From the NCBI GenBank assembly GCA_965644265.1, contig OZ286472.1:9610001-9674000 (forward strand): 64,000 nucleotides of DNA, read 5' to 3'. Positions within the stretch are counted from its first letter, which is position 1; every line of letters begins with the position of its first letter. The notes below the pieces were generated by a model. The model searched no databases, was not told where the DNA came from, and worked only from the letters and a program-made list of their open reading frames with translations. A program made the translations under genes and the position numbers. Positions 1-9,180 of this stretch are shown here, one piece after another. The DNA comes from Glycera tridactyla. Lineage: Eukaryota.

Positions 1-2300
1 AAACAAACTCAGAAGCTTGAAAATCCCTCCCAGATGTAAACTCTTCACGGACCCTCCTAGATGTAACTGTGGTATCATATTGCAGACAGCACTATCCACA
101 ATCATATATATTGAGAGACAACTATGAGTTAGAGGACGAATAACATCAGGAACAAGCTGCTCCATGAAGTGATATGTCCCGCCTGCGAAAGCTAGAGCAG
201 GTGGGACAAAAACTCTTGATTGAGATTTTGATCAATGTTGATGATGAGAATGATGGCAACAACAGAATATGGCATGTCTATCTCTTGCCTCTGTTGAAGG
301 TAGAAACCTAATCAAATCTCACCTCCACCCATTAGGCAAAGGTGTCTAAAAAATCCAGATTCACAAATGAAAGTCTTCTTTTACCGCAAAATTACCTAGA
401 TATATGGGATGGAATATGAACAATGATACTCCTACATAAATGTTCAACTACTGATGCATATGTATACCACATTTCAAGAATGTAGTTGCAAGATTACCTG
501 AGTGAGGCTTCGAAGAAAAAACTCATCAAAATCTTAACCAAGACATCAATGTTAATGCCTATGATGCCAGCGACGCTGACGCTGACGGACAGGTAACACT
601 CCCATCAAATATCAAGAGATCAATAAAGAAAACACATCCAACTCATGACTGACTATGCAACACCAGAGACAGCTGAGGCAGCGTAGGACAGGTCATCATT
701 GAAATATCAGGCCTGGGTTTTGGGCCTTTGAAGTTCAAACCCCTAAAGAAGGGTGACATGGCAGCCCATGGTTGCATCTAACTCAGGTGTGAGATTCTGT
801 ATGGGGGGGGGGGGGGGGGTAAGTGGGGAACATGTCCACAATGAGCACACATAATGAAGCAAACACTACAGGGAGCATCGCCAACGACAACCAGATGGAA
901 ATCTGCATGAGAAAGATGCCAACTACCGACATGGACGCCGCGATCCCACGGGCGTCTCCACCGAGGACACGCAATCATGCAAATCTCCACATTGCTTAGA
1001 TGTGCTTCATTTCTGAGTCTCCTGAGATATTATCGTGGTTTGGTATCATATTCTGAGCATGTGTACGTGCCCAATCCCCTGAATGCAGGCATTAGTAAGG
1101 GAGCCAAAGTTTGCCAGGTTCCCTCCATGGCGACAAACGAGCACTGAGAACAGAATATAAAGGACCTCTCACATCACCCAGATGAGTTTTCTCCAGTTGA
1201 GGTCAACATATTGGCAGTCATTGACACTGTGGTTCTGCCAGGTGTTGGCCACAGAGATATGGCTGTTGGAAAGTGAAATTTCTCTTCATTCAGGATTAGG
1301 TCATCTTACTCGAGGATCTCATCAATATAGGCTCAAGAGTGAGTGCTGACCCCGGTCCTGGTCCAGAGGTGGCTGGCTGGCTGTGATGAGATACATCAGC
1401 AACACTCAGTCTGAACCATACCAAATCTGAATTAAGGGCATTGATATTGTTCCTCTGAGACTCAGTAGTGCATCTGGCAGCTTTGAGGTTGAACCGATTT
1501 TCATGCAACCTGTTCTGACAAAAGCTAAATAGCGTGAGACATATTTTGACATTTGGCCTCTGGTTTATGTGTGCACATTGACCTATCTTGATGTGTTGTG
1601 AGAAGCAATGATGGGGAAAAATATTTGATTTGTGGCTTCGCATCTGCTGTGATTTTATATATTCCATAATATCCCCACCAGAAATTCAAATATCCTAATC
1701 AAAATTCTGATAGGCAACCAGAGGTAATCAATTGAAAATTTGTGAAATTTTAGGCTGGCTACTATCTTTTGGCTAGCCGGGGTTGAAATTTGGTAAGATA
1801 AGATAAGATAAGAAACTTTTATTTAACATTCACGGATACAGAATCATATATGCAGTGATACAGGATTTTCAACAATCCGTGACATAGATACTATCATCTG
1901 GCTAATCACAGGTAGCATCATTGAACTAAAATACAAGTTTGAACAACCTACTACATGAACCTCAATATAAACGGCATAGCATGTGAGAGAGAGTGTGATC
2001 TGATGAAGCCATTTCGGTAGTTTGCCCGGCAATTCCCAGCCATCGGAGGATATAGAATGCCAGGGGAAGTGTGCATCTTCATCCATCACATGGAATTGTG
2101 GGTGTCTCGCGGCGGCCATCATGACCAAACGTGGCCGGCCACTGTCCACATCAACCACCATCCATCCGCACAGATTCTCAGGTGAAATATACCTCATTTC
2201 TGACATTCATCAGACCTGGACGGCACATGGTTTTGTGGGATTTTGTATCAAGAGGCAACTAGTGCGAAAGAAACTGATTGTTTGCATCCACCTTGGCTCA

Positions 2301-2477
2301 TACATCAGAACCTGCTTTGAGAGACCCATATTTTGGAGGACTGTCCTCTTTGAGAGACCCCTCTTGGTTGGATCTTTTGTATTCAACATAAATACACCTC
2401 CAATGAGAGACCACCTGCCTCAAGAGACCACTTGCAGATGGCACTTAGGCCAGTCTCCCAAGACAGGTTTTACTTTA
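2301..2477. mobile_element. pogo/Tigger-like MITE, decayed, reverse orientation
   Basis: Ends with ggccagtctcccaagacaggttttact and matches the family internally. Confidence 0.75.
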
Positions 2478-3092
2478 AGATAATTTTTCATCACACCATC
2501 ATGAGAAAATTATATGTAATATTATATTCCATAATATCTTGATGAATGTCACAGAATGCTTAGAATGTGAAGACGCATATTATGGTAAGACTAAATAGGC
2601 CCTAGAATCATACAATCCAGGATGACATCAGTGGGGCGGTGGAGGGATAAGAGAGTCAATCAGACATCCATGACAGGTCAAATATCAAAGACAAGCTTTT
2701 CATTGATGTGAAATGGGCACACCGAAGGTCATATAAGAGCAGATCAAATTCCTATGAAAAAAAGAAAGGAAGAATACGAGTTACACTTTGGGAGAACTGA
2801 CACCAACAATCAGCATATATTCAGCACTACTTGTCACATAACTGCCCATGGGTTTGCAACAAAATATCAATCTTTTGAATGTCAAATTTACAATGGAACA
2901 ATCCATACGCTATGTCATTGTGTTTTCAAACAGCAACTTTAGTCTTATATTGAATATGTCCTGCTTCAATAATGGTGTTTTATCACAGATTTTCATGTTA
3001 GAAATTGAAAACAATGAACAATGTGATATCATGATCTGAATCTATACATGAAGAAAGACAGGATAGGTAGATAGTTTGGAGGTATTAATCCA

Positions 3093-3207
3093 TCACGTGA
3101 CCAAGATCACCAGCAGCGAAATCGAGAAGTTGTGCTCATTTCAGAAACATCGTTTCAAAGTAAGTAAGTATGAACTCCTCCTGAATCATCTTGGAACCAA
3201 GAACAAT
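3093..3207 (+). mobile_element. Short Penelope-like terminal remnant
   Basis: Shares TCACGTGA and the catcttggaaccaagaacaat tail with the 8.5 and 11.3 kb copies. Confidence 0.4.
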
Positions 3208-3233
3208 CTATTTGCTACTAGTCGAATCTCCTC

Positions 3234-3375
3234 TGAAGACCACCTCTATATGAAGGCCACCCTGACCATGGTGGTATTTTCAGCAGTAAATGACCTCTCT
3301 ATAGAGACCACCTGCCTATAAAGGCCACTTTTCTAATGCGAACACAGGTGGTCTTTATGGAGAGGTTCAACTGTA
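3234..3375. mobile_element. pogo/Tigger-like MITE, sister subfamily, partial
   Basis: gaccacctctat..gaggttcaactgTA. Related pieces near 12516, 23084, 28830-28919, 29835 and 50005. Confidence 0.7.
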
Positions 3376-3522
3376 TGATAGACAGTTGAGTATGTGGAGA
3401 AGTGAGTCACATCATTCACTTACACAGACGACTAATGGAGAATGCAGCATGGGCAGCTGTGGTCATGACAGCATCACCTGCCTCCCAACCAAGAAGGAAC
3501 ATCTGTCACCACTGAACCATAT

Positions 3523-3679
3523 AGTAAGACGACATTGGTGTGTGAGATCCGCGTTATTCCCAACGAGGTTGTGTCCGTGGCCGGAGGCACACGAGGCCGG
3601 AGGCCGAGTGTGCCTCCGGCCACGGACACAACCGAGTTGGGAATAACAAGCGGATCTCACACACCAATGTCGTCTTACT
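3523..3679 (+). repeat. Long inverted repeat/hairpin at the Crypton left end
   Basis: Arms 3523-3592 and 3608-3679 give 68 Watson-Crick pairs, one tandem GA/GA mismatch (3565-66/3634-35) and an AA bulge (3648-49). The cap is GA-GGCC-GGA-GGCC-GA. Confidence 0.98.
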
Positions 3680-4257
3680 TTTCTCACATGACTATTTCTG
3701 ATGTATTTCGTTGTTTTTGGGCCGAAATGACAGCGAGAAACAAACCTTGTTTACATCCGGGGTCTTTTGACGAAGATGCCTTCTCACTGGAGAGAAAAAA
3801 AAGTTCGAATACGCCGAAAAATAGTTCCATGATATTCCCACCTTCCCGTGACAGAAATCGGATATTTTTCAATGCAAATTATGTCATAAATTCATTTATT
3901 AGCATTAAATAACACTTTTATTGAGGAAACAGTGTGGTTGAGATCATAAAGAAGAAACAGCAAGCGTCTAATATACGCAGTTACGAAAAACCGAATCACC
4001 AACTCGAACTGCGCAGTAATCTGTTTTTCGAATACCGCGTTTATACTTGTAGAAATCGGCGCGAACCGGTTGACTTGATGAAGAAGGCAATCGATTCCAC
4101 TAACCCGGTTACGCGACTAATTTTCGGTTCGCCTGTGAAACACGCCACGAAATACGTCACAAGGCCATGTGTTTTCATTTGGGCTCTAGACGCCGGAGAG
4201 GAAGCACGCTTTTTCGACAAGATGGATTCAACATTGACACATTTCACAACGGATTTC

Positions 4258-4263
4258 TTTATT
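4258..4263 (-). promoter_or_regulatory. Candidate polyadenylation signal (AATAAA) of the recombinase gene
   Basis: AATAAA on the minus strand about 117 nt after the stop codon. Confidence 0.4.
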
Positions 4264-4379
4264 AACCAGGAACTTTTACGTATATATACAACATGGATTA
4301 TAAGCACAAACAAACCAGGATTATGATGTCATGGATGAATTACGCTGCCAAATGACAGGTCAGTCAGAAATTCGCAAAT

Positions 4380-5737
4380 TCAATCGCGAGGAAGGCTGCC
4401 AAAATTGATGTTGACAGGACCATTGAATGTCGCCCCGGCAAACATTCCACGAAGCATGCTCTGCTGGGATGACATGTGAGAGACGACATTCGATGGTCCG
4501 GCTTCGGGCTCCTTCTCGATAGACTGTATAGCATTGGGAGCATTGGGAGCAGGTGCATTTGTTGCAATTGGCAAGGTTTGTGGGGTTGTAATGGCAGGTG
4601 TTGGGGCACTGGGATTTTGAAGGAAATCGCACATCTGATGTTGAGTTTCCTTCGTTGCACACAAGTATTGGCGTAGACTGTTTGGATCTTTATGACCTGA
4701 AAGCTGGCTGACTGTGACCAAATCAAATTTATGGCTATTCAACAACTGGGAACACATTGTCCTTCGGACTGAGTGATTCGTGAACTTCCCTTGAATACCC
4801 CCCTTTGTTGCGATTCTATTCATCATTTCACTGATCCTGTTGACACCCATGGGCCCATCAAGAAACCATGCTTTTGCTCTGATATTATGATTTACACTCA
4901 AGAAGAAGGCCTCACATTTCCCATCAACGGGCCTTTTCTCATTGTACAGTTTGTATAGTCGGACTGGACACCTGGTGGGATTGGCTTTGTTTTCAAACAT
5001 CTTTGGTGCAAACTCTCTCATTGTGTTGTTTGCTCCGGTTCTTGTTTTGGTCAATCTCTCGTTGAACTCTAGATATGGAGATTCTCCAACTCTCTCTACT
5101 AAAGTGATGTCTGACCATTGAAGTTGCCTTGCTTCCTGACTACCTCGAAAACCAAGCAGTTTTGTGCACAGAAACCACAAAGTATTCACTAGTACTTCTG
5201 CTGTACTTTCACCTAAGGCACCATTGTTCCACAAAGCTTCCTCTTGCTCGAAGGACAAACATTCAGCTTTATTAGGCCTATTGCCTTTTCCAGACGACTT
5301 AAGTTCCTTCTTCTTGGTGGCCAAGGCACTTTTCGAAACCTGAAAGCTCTTCTCAACGTCACAATCTTTAATGTTTTCGGCCAGGTAACGCCTGATACAA
5401 AACGAGTATCCTACAATGCTGACTGGCTCGTAATCATCGCCATTTGGTTTTTTGAGTGATTTCAAGTACACGGCCAGAAGGCAATCTAAATATTCAATGT
5501 CAAGTTCTTCAATTTCCGCGGTTTCTCCACTTTCAGCCACGTACTTGGCGAATTTCTTTACCGTGGCATTTATTTTTCGTTTCGTAGCTGTGCTCACGCT
5601 GTTGGAGGCATATTCCTTTACTTCTGCATGTAAATCATCAAGCGATCGTTTACGAGGTGGTTCGCCATCTCCTCCACCCCCAACATCCACGATTTCAACG
5701 ACATCCGGCTGTTCAACATCAACCACGGACATATCAT
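4380..5737 (-). CDS. Tyrosine recombinase, Crypton/DUF3504-like, main exon 2 (ORF-track 450 aa plus two upstream codons)
   Basis: Motifs LLGFRGSQEARQL (R196), TKTRTG (K229), NHSVRR (H320/R323), SGHK (H347), LRQY (Y356), numbered on the 450-aa ORF. C-terminal FAGATFNGPVNINF resembles CryptonA tails; basic PPRKRS is NLS-like. Acceptor gtttttttctgcctgatttcag precedes 5737. Confidence 0.92.
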
Positions 5738-5981
5738 CTGAAATCAGGCAGAAAAAAACGATTTTTAGGCGTTTATTCGGTCAAAAAGGAGAAATGTCAC
5801 GCATTGCCTGCCGCGGAAGGCGTGACTCGATTAAATTTGCGCGTGAGCGCGAGCATGACCGGCAACTGACAGGACGTAAACAAATAAGCTGCGTCGCTCT
5901 CCGCGGCAGGCATGACGTCAACGCACATTCGAAAAATCGGAAATCGATAAATCGACCATCAATATCGTTTCTATTGCCTAC

Positions 5982-6060
5982 CTTCTTCCCACGCATCCAA
6001 GATTTCGACAGGAATTTCGAGCCGAAATGCGTCAGGATAGCTTAGTGCGTCTTCAGCCAT
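5982..6060 (-). CDS. Exon 1 of the Crypton tyrosine recombinase (MAEDALSYPDAFRLEIPVEILDAWEE)
   Basis: ATG in aaaaacaATGG context; donor AAG|gtaggc at 5981; 79 nt (phase 1) joins exon 2 (G|AT = Asp) in frame, giving 1437 nt = 478 aa + stop; 244-nt GT-AG intron 5738-5981. Confidence 0.8.
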
Positions 6061-6280
6061 TGTTTTTGTTGACCTTTTCGTCTGCAAACGATCAAAGGAC
6101 GCCGCCTGGTGGGACACGGCGAAAACGAGGTCACGTCAAAAATCGCGAACAAAAAATATCCAAAAACGTTTTTTATTTCTTCATTTTAAAAAATCAAAAA
6201 AATCGTGAGCAATATCTCAATAAAAAAATGCAAAAAAAAAAAAAGTAGTCCCGGCACACAGCCTCATTCCAATTTCACCA

Positions 6281-6305
6281 GTGTGAGATGCGCGTAATCT
6301 CACAC
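6281..6305. other. lox-like dyad GTGTGAGAT-gcgcgta-ATCTCACAC, candidate recombinase binding site
   Basis: Perfect 9-bp inverted arms with a 7-bp spacer. A related site GTGTGAGAT-ccgcgtt-ATTCCCAAC lies at 3540-3564 inside the hairpin. Function is inferred. Confidence 0.6.
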
Positions 6306-6351
6306 ACCCCTTTCTCACACTCAAAATGACTCAGTCATGTGAGAATGGATT

Positions 6352-6490
6352 GTTTTGGTTGTTTGTTTGAGGTTTAATGGTATGTATCAACCCTAGGGTT
6401 ATGTATGCTGTGTGTTCCTGGATAAAGAAAGCAAGATATTCTCTCCCCGGCAGACATCTCTCTCACAAATCCTGAACACAAGATTCTGTT
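6352..6490 (-). repeat. Dispersed SINE-like repeat with a (CAAA)n tail, directly flanking the Crypton
   Basis: Shared core atgctgtgtgttcctgg..gatgttctc..cagacatcactctcacaaaccctgaacacaaga, also at 7571-7730, 19551-19725, 48366-48530 (inverted), 54908-55055, 58148-58210 and 60684-60775. Confidence 0.75.
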
Positions 6491-8339
6491 TTATTTGTTC
6501 AAAACTGATCATCTCTGGTACTCTTCAGTCTGACCTACCCTGTTTTGTATTAGCCATTGGTGATAATACTCTGAAAAAATACATCATTTGACTCTTGCAT
6601 GTGACTGTTGGAGCACTGGATATGGGAGGAACAACATCGATGGTGAATCTCAATGAAAACACTACGGAGATGATTTAGCGGGAGGGTGTCCATGAGTAAC
6701 GTATCTCATCACAGTTTTTGCCAGGCTGCCGGGTGATAATAGGGAAGGTTATCACAAGGTCAGAGTAACTTATGGGAAAGCAAACAGACAAGGGGTGGCC
6801 ACTCGCCGGCATATTCTTACGCACGTCACGAGTGATTGAAATGTGCTCTGATTGGCCGCAAGATAAACTGGTTACATCTGATTGGGGCAGCACAGCACCA
6901 CAATTTATTGGCATGTCCAGTGCTTTATCGAACAGGGGGATGGTGTTATTTGGGACGACTTGATCTAACCGACGTTGCGTCCAATGAATGGACAGCAAGA
7001 TGACTGAATGGGCGCGTACTTAGTAGGACCTCATGAATGCCACACCATCAATGGCGAGGACACTGGCGTTTCAGATAAACCTGGCGCTTCTGACACCAAC
7101 AGATCAGTGCCGGGTCACACCAGGTTGACCTGTCAACATCATCATCATCACACTTCTCCTGAACTGGCAAGTCATCGTAACCAAGTCTCTTTGAACCTGA
7201 CTGAAAATGTCCCGAATCCTCTCTCACTTCTTCTTTCACCAACTGCACATCAAAATACTCTTCTGAACTATCAAACCTGCGATTTGTATTCATTCATTTT
7301 GAAAGCATTTACATCACTGAAAGCCGGACTTGCCATGCAATATATTTTTGAAACCTGAAACAGTACAGAATTGCTTTTCGAACCAACTGGTGAAAAGAAT
7401 TTAGAAAACACTGGTGGCCATCAATCAAGTGTTGTATGAAACATCAATACCCAATGTTCTTGAATAGTATGGGTGCCAGAACTCAAATGGATTTTCAAAA
7501 GTAACTTTTACTACTGGCCTTGAGAATTGCCTCAGGGGTCCATGAGTTTGAAGGAGCAAATAATGCCATTGGTTGTTTGTTTATTCATTTGAGGGTAAAC
7601 TGCATGTATCAACCGCTAGGATAATGTATGCTGTGTGTTCCTGGTTGATGAAAGCTAGATGTTCTGGCCCCTGTGGGCATCACTTACACAAACCCTGAAC
7701 ATGAGATAATTGGAACCTGAAAGGTTCTCCAATGGAAGTAGCTGATATTTCAGACATGCCTCACAAACAATATCTGCAAGGACATTACATGCATATTGCC
7801 TCGAAAACAGGGAAAACCAAGTACGACGGATTACTGATGATCCAACATTTTAAGTTCCACATGTGGATCCTCCAGGAGTTGACACATTTCTCTCTGTTTC
7901 ATCTCAAATATATACCAATTATAAGAATTTAAACTCATGTTAGTACCTATTGGTTAATAGAATGACACTCCTGTATAATTGTACATAATGTTTTCACTGT
8001 GATGTGAATAAACATTTTTGAATTGAAATTAATTGAACTGAATTGAAAAATGATGCTCTTAACAGACTGAAACATTTTACTTGCGATGGAGAGTGATGAT
8101 CATCAACCACATGGTGGAGAGAACATGATGTTTGGTGAACACTTGGGCTACAAGCCATCATGTTATCAGATTTCAATTCAAATGATTTTTATGCACTAAC
8201 AGTCATTCTGGTTTTTCATGCCCACTCAAATATTTCCTCAGCAAGGAGTTTCAGATTATATATTGAATCTGTACAAACTTTCAACCATCTTGTTCCAAGT
8301 GATACTTAGATGGGCTTCCCCCCTCCCTTGCCTTTGCAA

Positions 8340-8623
8340 TTTATAACAAGCCACATCTCTGAGATGAATATGAATCACCACTTTGGAACGATTTATTGAA
8401 ACGTTTGACAACATTTTGACCTCTCTTCCTGCGGTCATGATCACATGATGGTATCCCTGGTCCCTGTTCATGGCTGGGTTTCACTGGGTGGCGATCCAAT
8501 GCTAATTCATCACGTGATCGAAAATGGTGGAAGAATGGTCGAAACATTGTGAAACTTCTCAACTTATCCTTATAAAGTAGGTTATTCACATTCATCAAGG
8601 ATCATCTTGGAACCAAGAGCAAT
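8340..8623 (+). mobile_element. Decayed Penelope-like 3' remnant
   Basis: KPHL*DEYESPLWNDLL resembles a GIY-YIG tail; TCACGTGA at 8510; shared catcttggaaccaag tail. Confidence 0.4.
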
Positions 8624-9129
8624 ATATTTGCATCTCTGAAATCCTCTCACTATTGGACGTGGTCCACTGTAGCTACAAATACTGATGAATGTCCGATATA
8701 TACATGCAATGTATGGAATCAGAAACATGCAGATGGTTTGTTGGTATGCATGTATGGGTTCAACATCCTTTCAACCTTCTCCAGTCATATCGGACTGAAG
8801 CACTGAAAATGCTGAGCAACAAAGAAGTGTCAGCCACCAAAAGAAAATATCTACCCGCTCTCCAATCTCTCACTCTTAATAAACACAGAAAACAGAGCAT
8901 CTTTGTTGGAAATTTAGCAGGCCACTGTAGCAGCAAAATTAAGAACTGCATAACGTGGGGCACAAAAATATCTGCATCCAGCAACAACCAAATTGCATTT
9001 GCTCACTCAAGATATCTGGTCTCCTTATTTCAGAAAATGGTCTCCAATTATAATATCCATTTCTGTTAGATGAGACCATGCAATTTACGAGATTCTTGAG
9101 AAGTTTGGATTGAGATATGACAGACATAC

Positions 9130-9180
9130 TTGCCAGGTATCCATCACCAAGCCTTGATGGTACAGAAACTCATAGTTTTC
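9130..9180 (-). CDS. Candidate 51-nt host exon (ENYEFLYHQGLVMDTWQ)
   Basis: Acceptor cattgttctcttcag, donor CAA|gtatgt; open in phase 0. Confidence 0.5.

Larger units (their letters stand above)
3521..6346 (-). mobile_element. Crypton-type tyrosine-recombinase DNA transposon, apparently complete, with a long terminal hairpin
   Basis: Seen: intact YR gene; 157-nt hairpin at the left end; 13-bp inverted match 3681-3693 / 6333-6345; AT dinucleotide at both ends (3521-3522, 6345-6346); CpG-rich interior against CpG-poor flanks. Established: Cryptons are YR-only DNA transposons without classical TIR/TSD. Exact ends are inferred. Confidence 0.85.

Noticed and set aside
1050-1520. Coding-like minus-strand segments with good splice signals (e.g. 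HISVANTWQNHSVNDCQYVDLNWRKLIW; LVCRHGGNLANFG)
   Set aside because: Joining them all needs implausibly short introns (34-47 nt) and I could not assign a family. Left unresolved; BLASTx would decide.
4060-4115. Imperfect inverted repeat cgcgaaccggtt / aacccggttacgcg
   Set aside because: Short, with two indels; could be chance in CpG-rich sequence.
3535-4326. Plus-strand ORFs of 125 and 130 aa inside the Crypton
   Set aside because: Non-ATG starts, no recognisable motif, and one runs through the hairpin; most likely incidental.
5452-6045. 197-aa plus-strand ORF
   Set aside because: Antisense shadow of the recombinase exons and intron.
7048-7293. 81-aa acidic ORF as a terminal exon
   Set aside because: Its phase does not fit the 9130-9180 candidate exon and it has no recognisable domain.
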